Source: the human T2T-CHM13v2.0 reference genome, Homo sapiens. Taken from it: a stretch of DNA of 64,000 nucleotides. The number at the start of each line of letters is the position of its first letter. Position 1 is the first letter of the stretch. The position numbers and the translations under genes are program-made. Positions 49,983 to 62,260 of this stretch are shown here, piece by piece. Location: assembly GCF_009914755.1 (NCBI RefSeq), contig NC_060936.1. One strand, given 5' to 3'. Under the pieces are notes generated by a model that searched no databases, was not told the DNA's origin, and saw nothing but the letters and a program-made list of their open reading frames with translations.

Positions 49983-51604
49983 TGGATTCAGCTGGAAACT
50001 TCTCCAGCCTAACCTTCTTTCTCAAAGACCCCACCCCCAAATCTAAGGAGACCCAAACTCCTCACATATGCTCTGCCCACGTTACAGTGGGCGAGTGGGC
50101 TTCTCAAAAAGCACACTTGTTTCACAGCAAGCTGAGATGCAGACGTCTCTGTGCTGACATAGCCCCCTGGGTTTCTGTTTGGTTCAGATGGAGATTGGCC
50201 CAGCTTGAATGGGCAGAGCCACAGAGCAGGTTAGAAGCACTCCGAGGGACTATGGGTTTGTTTCCTACAATCCTCAACCTATGTTTGGTTGCAGGGTATG
50301 GCAGGCCAATGAAACAAGCACAAATATGCCTGTTGTAGGGGCCAGGGATGGGAGAAGCAAGGAAGTGTGGAGAAGGGGAAAACTCCAAGGATGTCAGAAG
50401 CCTTTTCTCCTAGGAACTGCCTACCACCAATGAGTTGGGCTGGGTTGAATTGTTGCAGAGTTCAGTAATGCCGTTGCCAGGTGAATTATAGAAGTCTCTG
50501 TGGCAAGAAAACGTGAACGTTTATTGGGAAATTGTGAAACACAGCCTAATGAGTTTGAAGATTTTCACGTGAGACATATGAATGGGTGGGCATGCATGCG
50601 TGTGTGTGTGTGCATGGCTGCTTTGATATCCTAACCGGAGAGGCATTTCATTTTTTTAAGGAAAGGTAATGCCTGCAAAAGAATGCTCCTGAACACAAGG
50701 TTAACCTCTAGGAGATTGCACTGGTGGCCAGCTGGGGAGCATATGGAAAGTGAACATTCTTGGGGCTTGAAAACAGGCTGATGGGGTGGAGGATTTATAG
50801 ACAGAAAAGGCATCCAGCAGACTCCAAGCAGCCTAAACAGAAGGAGCCGGGTTTGTGGGCTCTCTGACTTGGTGGAAAAGCATTCAAAGCTGGTGCTGGG
50901 ATTAGGGGTGGAGATGAGATCAGACCAAGGAATAAATAATAATAAACTTTCTTATTGGTGGCTGCTTCCTCCAAGTTAGGCACTGTGTACACATCTCCAT
51001 GGGTACGCAGTGACAACCCTGGTAGATTTAACCGTTTTGTGCAGTTGAGGACTTTTGACTGAGGACTTTGGCCTAAAGTTGTACAGCTGGTAAAAGGAAA
51101 TGCACAGATAGGAAACCAAGAGGTCTACGTGGCTTGGAAGCACATGCTCTTAACTATGTGAGTAAGACAGCAGTGGAGAGGACACTTAAGTGCTTCAGAG
51201 GGCCCTGACAGCTGAACTGCAATGGGCTGGAGGGAGCGAGGAGGGTGACATGCACTTGGCACACAGGAAGAGATCATAGGTTCAATGCCACAGTGATACC
51301 GACAATTGTTCTACCTGAGGGAGATGCCAGACTCATGGGTAACTGGCTTACGGCAGCAGACATTTTCAGGAGGTTAGGGAGGAGGAGTGGATCTCTTATC
51401 CCAAACCCTTCATTCGCCACCTAACGACTGAAGAATCACTGTGCTAGGGGGAAGGTGGTTTTGCTTCTGCCTAAAATATAAGGATCAGCACATCTGGAAT
51501 ATCCCTTTGGGGCTTTTGCAAATAGATAGAAGGCAGAAATTTCAAATTTGGACAAAATCTTTGAGATCCAGTAACCTATCCTTCCTTACAAGGCAGAGAT
51601 CTAT

Positions 51605-52830
51605 TTTTATTCATTCATACTTTTTTAAAAAAAATTGTCAAGTCCCTACTAGGCTCCAGGCTTTCTTCTCAACTCTATGGGCTCTGCACATGAGAAGCCA
51701 TCCCTCCTGGAGGAGCAATGAGTAGAAAAGACGGGACCTTAAGGGATAGCCGCTTAGACAATTCCCACGGCCTCTTGATAACCACTTCTCCCTCACCAGG
51801 CAGCTTGCTCTAATTTGAAACAGCTCTTACCATATAATAGAAAGCCCCTTCCAATGTTAAAGCCACATCTACAGACAAAATAGCTGTAACTAGGTTGTCA
51901 ACCAAAGCTCAACTAACTAAATGCTCGCCTGAGGCAGTCAAGGAAAGCCTCCATGAGGAGGTGACCTCTTAGCTGGCTATTAATGGATGAGTAGGAATTT
52001 GGTAGGGAAAGATGGCGAGAATATTCTAGACAGGAACAGCCTGGGGGAAAAGTGCAGAATGGGGAAAGGGCCTAATGTATGCAAAGAAAAGTGGAAGGTT
52101 TGGGGTAATGAAGACTTTAGGACTGTGGAAAAGGGGAAGTTGAGACTAAGTAATTCAAGGCTGAGGGGAACAGCTATGAAGTTGGATTTGATTGTTTGGG
52201 ATCTCCTAAATTGAGCTTGCACGAGAGTCACATGGAGGGCTTGTTGAAACCGATTGCGGGGGGTGGGGGGCCCATCACCTGAGTTTCTGATTCATCACGT
52301 CTGGGGTGGGGGCAGAGAATTTGCATTTCTAGCAAGTTCCCAGGGATACTGCAGCTGCTACACACTTGGAGAATCACTGATTCACTAATCAATGAGGAGT
52401 CAATAAGGGTTTTTTTTTCTGCATTTTTTAAGAAGATAATTTTGGTGGCAGTATAACTGATGGATGGACTGGGGACAGACTGATCAGGTTGATCACAAGT
52501 GAGGGCCTAGACTAAAGAGAAGACAATAGGAGTGAGGAGATATATTGGATTAGAAAAGCATTTTTGAGATGCAGTCAACAAGATTAGGTAACCAAGTGGA
52601 TGTGGAAGGCGAAAGAGGAAGGCATTAGGAAGATGACTCTAGCACTTCTCGAATCATGATGGTTCTAAATCAAATGCAAGAAGACAGCAAGACAGTGGAT
52701 TGGAAGACAGGAACTATATAGGAACTATAGGCACTGGGTGCGAGGTTCTCAGAGGACATCAAAGTAATGGTATCCAATAGACAGCTGGTTATTAAGATAG
52801 AAGTATGCTTGAAATTATGAAAAAACACCT
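51605..52830 (-). mobile_element. L2 fragments (interrupted by MER5A)
   Basis: TTATTCATTCA...AGTCAAGGAAAGCCTCCATGAGGAGGTGAC...GCAGTCAACAAGATT...GTATCCAATAGACAGCTGG. Confidence 0.7.
52198..52380. mobile_element. MER5A-like element within an L2
   Basis: GAGTCACATGGAGGGCTTGTTGAAAC...GAGTTTCTGATTCA...GAGAATTTGCATTTCTAGCAAGTTCCCAGG...GAGAATCACTG. Confidence 0.8.
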
Positions 52831-53399
52831 CTTGTTCATTTGGAAGTAATCCAGCATAGGTGAGCCTCTCCATGTACAAATGGTTCTAGTCTAAGCTCAG
52901 TGGAAGCCCAAATCATAAGCTCATCAGCGAATCAGGGTGTGGGAATCTGGACTCCCAATGGGGATCTATGGGTCTGGCCTCCATTTCAGAAGGGTTATGT
53001 GCTCACCCACTTGATCACTTTGGAAGTTGGGGGGGAAAAATGCTTGGAGATTGCTGAGGAGAAAGAAATGACCATTTTGAGACTCACACCATCTGCATCT
53101 TCAGATAAGTGTCACAGCAGGGCCGTAGGCCTTAGCAGCCAGCTTCAGACACCACCATCAGAGACATTTCAGGTTGTATTTTAAAGGAAAAAGCCAGCTA
53201 TTGGGAAGCTGAGATCTAAAGATTCTTGTCAAAAAAAGAACTTATTGTGGTTGTATTTTCTGGGCTAGAACTTTTCTCAGTTGTTAATTTGACTCCTTGA
53301 AAGCCTCTTGGTCTATTAGGAAAAAAGATTCCTCCTTCTTAAGAAAATCCTGGAAGTGGGCAAACACCTTTCTGCTGCAGAGCTTTCGGGCAGGAGTTC

Positions 53400-53745
53400 C
53401 CTCTGCCTTAAATGCTCTTCTTTCCTGCTAGGCTCTGTTTGTCTGATTCCCACCTGCTCAGCCTTCCTTTTCCTCAGGGGATCTTTCCCGACGCCTCCTC
53501 CTGAGTTACTTATGGTCGACCCTTCCTCACAATTTATATGATCCTATCACATAACACAACTGAAATTACAGCTGTGGGATTATTTGTGTCATTCTTCTTT
53601 GCCCTGTTGCCCCATTTGGCTGTCATCTACATGAGTCCCTAAGTCATGCTGATTTTCGTCAGAACTTTATCCCAAATGCTGAGCACAATGCCTATGCCAT
53701 CAGTAGGCACTCAATAATGTTTGTTGTACAAATGAGTGAATGAAT
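53400..53745 (+). mobile_element. L2 3'-end fragment
   Basis: CTGCCTTAAATGCTCTT...AGCACAATGCC...GTAGGCACTCAATAATGTTTGTTG...TGAATGAAT. Confidence 0.7.
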
Positions 53746-54074
53746 CCCCTTCATAAACAGGGATTACAACAGGAAGAAGGACTGGAGTCAAGCCCCAGGG
53801 AGAATGGATTAGCGAGGAGGGAGGTTGGTTGCTCTTTACTTCTTTAGACATCCATGGAGAGCCAGGGCAGGCAAGAGGCTCAGCAGTATAGAATCATGAT
53901 GTCTGTTCTAGTCCAAAGATTGGTGGCTCCATTATTCCATTGGCAAAACGCTGGGGAAAGGACTCAAACTGAAAGAAGACTTTTAAGTGTAGTTATGGGA
54001 AACAAAATACAAGATCATGAACCAGGGCTGTGCTTATACTTCTTAGATTAAGAACATCATGTCTTGATTGAGCT

Positions 54075-54330
54075 GTCATTCATCCACTCAGCCATGCATT
54101 CGTTCAACTAATTTATATCAAAACCTACTATGCACCAGCCCTCTTCTCAGGTATTGATTAGTACGATGACAAACATGGGCAGATGAGGCTCATGCCTTAA
54201 TGGAGCTTACCTTGTAGAGGGTATGACAGGGAAAAAAAAAAAAGAAGAAGAAAGAAACAAGCAAATGTGTAGATAAAATGATTTAGGTGGTGGTAACTGC
54301 CTAGAAGAAATACAATACAGTAAAAGGGTA
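54075..54330 (-). mobile_element. L2 3'-end fragment
   Basis: CATTCATCCACTCA...CATTCGTTCAAC...CCTACTATGCACCAG...TGCCTTAATGGAGCTTAC. Confidence 0.7.
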
Positions 54331-55269
54331 GAGAATGAGTAAGGGGGGCTGGGCGAGGGCGGTGCTGGTGTTGCATGTTGTATATTTTCATGGTTGAAAT
54401 GCTTGCTCCTGTGAAATTCGAGGCATGAAATCTCAGTATGCCTAAGGGAAGTCAAACACATTTTCATAAACTCTGAGCAATTAATGGTTGTCATTAAAGC
54501 AGAGGATTTTTAGCCAAAAAATCAAAAGCCAAGTTTCAGCAGTAGCACACACAGGGCCCAATCCACAAATTATTTCTCTGTTCTTCAGCACTAGGTAACA
54601 TGTTTTATAGGAGACCTTGGACGTTACACCACATTCTCCCCATAACAGAGGCGGGCATTACGCAGAGTATTGCTTCTGTCTCTCCAGGGACTTTTCACCC
54701 CGTCAAACCTGTTTCACTCCAGAGGAACAAGACGCAGTCACTCTGTCCTGCTGTCAGGGGTGGGCCCTCTGATTCCCCTCCAGATGCCAAAAGGCCCGGG
54801 GGCTGGGGTGGTGGGGAGCAGGTGATGGGCAGGGCCACTCCCTCTGAATTCCAGTGCCTCTGGCTCTTGCTGGCAGCTCCCCAACAAGGAGAGGTGGGGA
54901 GGTTTGCCCAACCCAGGGCTGGGTTTCTGCCTCTGGCACCCCAAGGGCACTTTCTTTTCATCTTAGGCATGCATCAAGAAAACTACTCTTGGGACTTTTC
55001 TTGGGACTATAATTGAGTCATTTGTACTCTACAACCCTCCATCAGTTTTTCTTCTTTAAAAGAGGATATAAAAACATTTATAATTTGACAAAATGTATCC
55101 TGGGAGCTCACCCCGGCTACCTTAAGAATGAGTGGCAAGGATGAGAGCTTTGCGATTGTACAGAAGGGGAGTCAAGTACAGAATCTGTACAATCAAGTAC
55201 AGATTGTACAGAAGGGGTTCCGAGAATCCCCCCAAAAGGCCACTAGAACCACCTCCAAACCCAACCTAC

Positions 55270-55400
55270 TAAGCCAGCTTGACTTCAGAGAGGTTAGGTA
55301 ATCTAGCCAAGGCCACACAGCTTATATGTGGGGCAGAGCTGGAATGAGAACCAGATCTGTCCTCCAGTCCAGAACACCCTCCATTATGCCACACTGCCAT
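55270..55400 (-). mobile_element. MIR SINE
   Basis: CAGAGAGGTTAGGTAATCTAGCCAAGGCCACACAGC...GGCAGAGCTGGAATGAGAACCAGATCTGTC. Confidence 0.75.
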
Positions 55401-55664
55401 AAGAGACACCCTTGTACATGAAACCACAGGAGTGAGTGATGTGAGGTGTTCAGACACCTCCCGTGGGCCAGCAGAAGAGCTTCTGCAAGTGCCCTGCAGA
55501 ACTCCCCTGGCATCTGCCAGCACGTGCCTCTACATTCCCAGGGACTTCTCAGAAACCTGGATTTGTGCACATGGAAGGCTTAATTCATGGCTATCAGACC
55601 CTCAACCTCTGGAAGAGGATGCATTCACATATTGTTAATCCATAGAGTAAACATATTGTGATGT

Positions 55665-55820
55665 TTGTGATGCAGTGGCCAAAGTTAGGCAGACCCAGGT
55701 TTGAACCCTGATCCCACCACCGATAATCATGTGACCTGGGGCAAGTTCCCTGGTTTCGTTCCTTCTCAAGTTCACTATGAAATGGGGATAATAATATCTA
55801 TCTCCAGGGGTGACAGTTAC
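55665..55820 (+). mobile_element. MIR SINE
   Basis: CAGACCCAGGTTTGAACCCTG...TGTGACCTGGGGCAAGTT...ATGAAATGGGGATAATAAT. Confidence 0.75.
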
Positions 55821-58771
55821 ATTGTCTGTAGCTGGAACAAGTGACCTGGACACCAGCAAAGCATGGTAGGCTATAGCAGGTCCTGGGGTGCCTCCTCTGG
55901 GCCTTCACAAGGAATTCCTGAGGTCTCCAGGGGAAGGGCCAGGGCAGCCAGGTAGTAAGAGATCACTTAAGGGTTTTGGAGAGCAATGATTGCTAACTGG
56001 CCCACCTTCCAGCCTGACATCCGGTCTGCCTACTGCACAAGGAGGTTGTCAGGATGGAGGACAAACACGTAAGGCCGTTGGCACAATGCTTGGCATCTAG
56101 GAAGTGCTCAATAACATTGGCCTCCTCCCCCTGAGAGACAGGGTCTGTGCCTATAGTCCCCAGAGGAGGAAATGGCCCGCTGGCCCCACTGTGCAGACAC
56201 ATGCAATACCTTGCTGCTCATGACACCTCCACTTCTAGGGAACTTTCTTGCTTTCTTGCCAAAATTCATTACACTGTAGCCCAAGTCAGTTCTAGGACTT
56301 TTGACTTTTAAGTCCAGGCTAAATCTGGAACTTTTCTTAAATGCTTGCAAAAATACCCTCTGCTCCAAAAGCATGGCACCAACTGGATGGGAAAGGAGGT
56401 CGCGAAGCAGAAGACTATTGATTTCTATGGGTTTCCTTTGCAACATCAACCTTGCATCCTCCTGGTGCTCTGGCAGACAGTGACCTCGGCAGGGTGCAGG
56501 CCTGCCCTTACCACTGGGTAGGGCCCTGCCCCCTGCTCTCGTCCTTTCAGTTCAGCTTCTCATGCGCCCAGTCTGTGCCAGCCCCTGGTGAAGACTGGGT
56601 GAGCTGATTGCCACTGGACTCTATAATTTGCTGACTGCCCACAGACCCCATCAGCCACTGCAGGATAGCAAGAGCTGAGAGAAATGTCATGTAGACAAGC
56701 AGGAGCCTGGTGCCCAGCAAGTGCCATGGATGTGAACCCTAGAACCCCAGTGTCACTGCATGAGCTCACGTGAGTCAGGCATCTCTGGGCCACATCCATT
56801 TCCTTCTTCCTGGGCACCAGCTGTGTGTCAGACCTTCCCACCCTTCCCTTTGGGCATACAGATTGCAGCCCAGTCTCCTGGAGAGAGAGACACAAACAGT
56901 TATAATACAATGTGATTGATGCTTTAATTCCCTTCATGAAGGCTTGCTATTAGGGCACAGATAGGGGGTTCTTTGCCTCACCTAAGGGGGGCAGGGGAGG
57001 GGAAGTCTCCCTGGAGCTAATGATGCCTGCAAGGAAATAAGAGAAAGATATTCCAGATACTGCAAAGTACAAGGGAGCCAACAAATATGTTTATATTGTT
57101 GGAACTTAAAGAGTGAAGAGAGCAAGCGTCAGCACACAGAGGCTCATGTGCCGTGCTAGAGAGCTTGGACTTAGTCTTGCAAAAGAGAAGAAGCCTGGGC
57201 CATGCAGGAGTGACCCGGGAGAGTGGCCTTTCATAGACAGGTCACCATAGGCACCAGTGGCTCTTCTGTCCAGAAGGGCTGTGAGCTTCTCTCTCCACCC
57301 TCTGGTGTGCTGCGTCATCTACACTTGCTGCTTGTTTGTGGCCACACCAATCCAGGTCTGCCTGAAGCCAAGGGAGAAGATGTGGCAGCTCCAGTGCAGA
57401 CCTCAGGATCCTCTGTGACATCTCTGGAGAATGGACATGCTGAAAGTCAGATGGAAGGGAGAGACCTGGACAGGCATGCTGCTGCGTTGAAAGGCAGGTT
57501 TGGAGAAGGTGGGGCAGCTTCATCACTCCTCCCCCTCATCTGAGTGGGACTCAACACTCAGAACCACCTTGAGCATTCACTCATCCCCTTGCCCTGGTGG
57601 AAGGACCAGCTCCGGTCCCTGCCCTTTCTGGTCTTTTGCAGCTGGAAATCCAGATGCTGGATCTTGGTCCCAGGATAATTGAGCTGTCCACATTGCTTCC
57701 TCTCCCTCTTATCCTGTCACGCTTCCTCCTGAACTTTTGACACAAACCCTGCTTCGTGTCAGTGTGACTGTCAACCCCCATGAAGTCAGCATCCCCGGGG
57801 TGGGTCTTGCGGCCTTGCTCAGCCTCCAAGCCCCACAGGCCCTGTTCCAGGCCAGCAACCATAATTGGCAACAACACTGCAATTCCTGAGGTGGCTGGGA
57901 AGACAGAACAGGGCTGCTGGCCTTAGGAGCACAAGGTTCCTTGCTGCCCTCTGTGTGCCTTTGTGTTGCATGCCTGGTGGGGCTGGAGGTGGGATCTCAC
58001 CCATCCTTCAGGAGGCCCCGGCATAGCTGACTTTCCTCTCTCCAGACCTGGCTTTCTAAAGGAGCTGAATGAGAACGTTCCCACACAGGGATTTTCATCA
58101 AAGACCGCTTTCATCAGGCCCCACCCCAATGCTTTCAGGAGTTCCCCACTGTCTACATACAGTCCTGGCTTCCTGGCTGGGCACTTGGGGTCATTGACAA
58201 AGTAGCCCCAGCCTCTTTTCCGGCTGTTTCTCCCTCACTGACACTGAGAACAGCCCCACTGCCTTTCTCCATATTTCTCATACCTGACCTGCACATCCCC
58301 ACTTCCAAGCCTCAGCATGGGCTGTTCCCCATCCTCCAGGGATCCTTTTCTGACCACAATCTTTAGCCCACACAACTGCTTCTCCTTACTGTGACTCAAA
58401 AGTGATGCACACCTACCAATCCTGCGTCTTGAATGTCCAACTTTCCTCCCTTGACAGATGAGGATGCTGGACTCTAGGGAGAGTCAGTAACTTGCCTGAA
58501 GGCACAGCTGGGAAACAAGAGAGCTGGCATTCAAATCCACGCACTCCAGCTTCAGTGCTCGAACCTCAGAGTGCTCTCCATGAAGAGCATGTTTCCTTTC
58601 CCTCAGTAGAGGGAGAGAGCGCTAGATGACACGTGAGCAATGCTCCCTGACTCTTGCCTGCGTGTCTCGTCACATACTGTTCCTCTTCCTGCTGGCCCTC
58701 CCTTTCTCTGAAGGAAAAGCCTTCTATGGCTAACTTGGGCTGTAACTAGAAGTTGAATCAATTCCCCTCCT

Positions 58772-58948
58772 CAGGACCAGCTATGTAATTTGCAGGTCCC
58801 AAAATGCAAATGCAGGCAGGGTCCCTTGTTCATAAATGATGGAGAATTTCAAAATGGTGGCAGCAAACATTAAACCCCAAGTTCAGGGTTCTTCTACACA
58901 CAGCACCCAGTGGGGCCGCCCAGGTCCCATACTCATGAAGTGGCCCCG
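58772..58948 (-). mobile_element. MER45A-like hAT-Tip100 MITE
   Basis: CAGGACCAGCTATGTAATTTGC...GTCCCTTGTTC...GAATTTCAAAATGGTGGCAGCAAACATTAAACC...CATGAAGTGGCCCCG, with degenerate terminal inverted repeats. Confidence 0.75.
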
Positions 58949-59079
58949 CACCTTCCTGGGGCTTCCCGGCCTGCACTCACCATCCCTAGCTTTCCTTGTG
59001 AAGCCCCAGGGTCAGCAATGCCTAGCACACAGTAGGCCCTCAATAACGTGTGTTGAATTGGAAAGATTTCTTGTAGACG

Positions 59080-60493
59080 AGAGACTGTAAATTTCAGAAT
59101 AGGTGATTTTAAGAACAAAAGAGATACCCATGTGTCTAGGTCTAAATTTTCTGGTGCTTGAAACAAGCAAACAAAAATTGTGGACTCCTCTTTTTAAACA
59201 AAATACTAGATTGGATACCGTGATGGGCTGAAATTGTGTTTCTTCAAAATGAGTATGTTGGAGCCCTCCCCCCACTACTCAGAATGTGACTGTATTTGCA
59301 GGTAGGGTCTTTAAAGAAGTCATTAGAACGAGATTGTAAGAGTGGGCCCTAATCCAATAGGATTCATGTCTTTATAAGAAAAAGGAGGTTAGGACAGAGA
59401 CAAACACAGAGAGGCGACGATGTGGTAACACAGGGAGAAGATGGCCATCTGCAAGCCAAGGCAAGAAGCCTAGAACAGAGCCTTCCCTCAGATCCCTTAG
59501 AAACCAGCCCTGCCAACACCTTGATCTCAGACTTCAGCCTGCAGAACTGCAGGACAATAAATTCTTGTTGTTTAAGCTCCCAGTCTGTAGGGCTTTGTTA
59601 AGGCAACCCCAGCAAACCAGTACAAATACCTAGAGATAAAATAAATCACAACCAATTATAAACCTCAAAAGCTGATAGATACCACTGAAAAATCTGGAAA
59701 TATGGAAGAATAACATGATATTCATAGCTGCATTAACTGTCTGTCATACTTTACTTCCCATATTTTTGGCTGAATAATCTTCATATGTGACAATAGTTTT
59801 ATAATATTCTTTTCCATAGAGAGAAGAGAAAGATAATTTAACTTCTCTTGTAACATGGTTGATCAGATTTTTTTCCAATATGGAAAAGTCTGAAGTTCAC
59901 AACTTATCAGCGGTAACATCACATACATTTTCAGAATTGGTACCAAATTTGGGAAAATGTCTATCAAGTTTCTTTCACAGATCGGCTGATAAATGTCAGG
60001 ACATTTTCATTATCTATTAATGCAGTGACTAATCTTAAATGCTCTTTGAATTGCCAACACTCATTAACCAGTCGGTCACCAATGTCTGCACCATAGTTAT
60101 GCTATCCTGGTCAATGTTCTGATTTTATGTTGAGTCAGCAAAAAAAGGAAAATCTTTTTTCCGATGTGAGCTTATAATTCATCCCTTTCTTTTAATTGGG
60201 TTATATTATAATCCAAGAGCCTACTTATTACTTCCATTGGAAATGTATCATAAAGATTGGAAATGTATGTCTTCCTCTTAATGAACTAATACTTTTAGTA
60301 TGATCTAAGATTTTTTGTTACAATTTATTTCTTCATATGAGAATAATTTTAACCTTACTTCCACAGAACTGTTAAAACCGTATAATAACCACGTGAATAC
60401 CTTGCTAGGATGCCCTGCAGTCTTTGGAAGGACAGGGGTAAGTGAAGAAACCTGAAGCTGAAGCTCCATTAGCTTTGTGGCGAGTCAACCCTG
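59080..60493 (-). mobile_element. hAT-Tip100 family DNA transposon fossil (Zaphod-like), internally deleted, interrupted by MLT1
   Basis: The minus-strand translation of 59979-59790 reads ERNLIDIFPNLVPILKMYVMLPLISCE...KKI*STMLQEKLNYLSLLSME, the hAT C-terminal dimerisation motif. Terminal sequence near 60493 resembles Zaphod/MER115 ends. Outer boundaries are approximate. Confidence 0.75.
59219..59624 (+). mobile_element. Solo MaLR LTR (MLT1B/A-like) inserted into a hAT transposon fossil
   Basis: GATGGGCTGAAATTGTG...CAGAATGTGACTGTATTTG...GCCAACACCTTGATCTCAGACTTC...AATAAATTCTTGTTGTTTAAGC...TACA. TSD GATAC/AATAC. Confidence 0.9.
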
Positions 60494-60939
60494 GTCAAGG
60501 TTGGAGGTGGGGCTCAGAAGAACTAAACCAACAGATACTTCCAGCTGTACACACTCATCCCAGCCAGCGACACCCACTCTTCAGGTCCATGGTCCCAGGC
60601 CGCAGCAAAGTTCTGAGACTAAGGTGAGAATAAGGTGAAATTATGCACATTTTCTGTTTGTGTGTAGAGAAAGAGAGAAACAACTTCCTCAACCCGAGAT
60701 GAGGTTGTCTCTGGGCGACTAGCCATCTGGTTCACCAAAACAAGATTTTCTCTGATTTTGCATGTAAGCTGTTTTTGTTTGTCTTTTTTACCACTTTGGT
60801 CCTAAAGGGTTTATTTTCTGTTACCCACTCCCCACAGAACCTCTGCATTCTGGGATGGAATGTAGGGTGATGGAATCCTTAGAGGTGGGTGAGAGGAATC
60901 CCACTGGGCCCCCCAGCATGGCCTGGGGCCTTCCTGGGC

Positions 60940-61155
60940 TTGGCAGTGGTTAAGAGTGTGAGCACCAGAACCAAACAGCTGGGCTCTGACACTGACTCCC
61001 TCCAACCATAGTCCCGGGACAAACTCACCCCTCCGTTCTTCCCATTCTGTATCAGTAGAGCAGAGGAAAAGTGATGAGCAGCACGTGGGAGTTGTGGGAA
61101 TTGAGTCGTTGCCGCTCAAGTGCTTGTACAGGGCCTAGCACTTCGTAACTGCTCA
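60940..61155 (+). mobile_element. MIR SINE
   Basis: CAGTGGTTAAGAGTGTGAGCACCAGAACCAAACAGCTGGG...AAGTGCTTGTACAGGGCCTAGCAC. Confidence 0.6.
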
Positions 61156-61829
61156 CTGCGGGAAAGGGAACAGGTTTATTAAGGGTTTGATGAACAGAAC
61201 TGGAGGAAATTGGGAGGGGGCAAGGGCCCTGTCCTTATGCCAGGAACTCCTCCCTTCCTTTCTTCTCCAGGCCTCACTGGGAGCTGCACCCTCTGCTCCT
61301 CTGGCCTGGGAAAGAGCCAGATGTCTTGTCTCCTGTTTCCCATCAGAGAGGGTTTCCTCTGGCTCCAACGCCTTCCTTGCAGTGTATGAGGCGGCTTTAC
61401 CTGCCTCAAAGGTCAGCTAGCAAACACCTAGAGAGTATTCTAGACAGACCCTGGCTGCAATTCCCAGGCTTTCCCTGCTAAATCTGGCAGAATCTGCCCT
61501 GGGGTGTGCCAAATGTCAATCACAAGAAGGACAGGTCACACTGCTTCTTCCGAGAAGCCTCTCTAGATTTCACCGCCCTGCCTTGAACTCTGCCCATATC
61601 CTGTGTCTCCTGTAACCCTGGGCTCAGCTTGTCCAAAAGCTGTTCCCTGCTAACCATGGCTAGTGTGCTTCTCGAATTGTGAGCCAAAAGCAAATGTTCA
61701 AAAGCACAACCAGAGATTTATATGGCATAGGGGTGTATTTTCCCAGAGAGCTAAAAAAAGATTGTAAAATCGTAATTATATCCACATTTTATGCATAATT
61801 TTTGCAATATACTAACCATATTTTGAACA

Positions 61830-62260
61830 TGTTCATTCATTTACTTCTGCTACAATTCAACATGCAGTCACTCAACAGATATCTGTTGAGCACCTCCTAG
61901 GTACCAGACACCATTCCAGGTATTCAGAATATATCCCTCGTGGGGCGCACAATCTAATAACAGAAGGAGATGGATAATGAAAACTTCACATCATAAATGT
62001 TAGATGGTGATAAGTGCTATGGGGAGGAAACAAAGGGAGACAAAAGCAGAGCCCAAGAGAGAAGATCCAGAATGCAGGTGGAGGGTAGAGTGCAGGTTGC
62101 AATTTAAAACAGGAGGATCAGGGAAAGCCTCATTGATACACTAAGATTTGAGCAATGACTTGGAAAGGAGGTGAGGGATGAGCCGCGTGGAAATCAAGGA
62201 AAGGGCATTCTGGGTACAGGGCCCTAAGGCGCGAACGTGCCTGGCATGCATCTGAACACA
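61830..62260 (-). mobile_element. L2a 3'-end fragment
   Basis: CACTCAACAGATATCTGTTGAGCACCTCCTAGGTACCAGACAC...GATGGTGATAAGTGCTATGG...CAGGGAAAGCCTCATTGA...GGCCCTAAGG. Confidence 0.85.
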
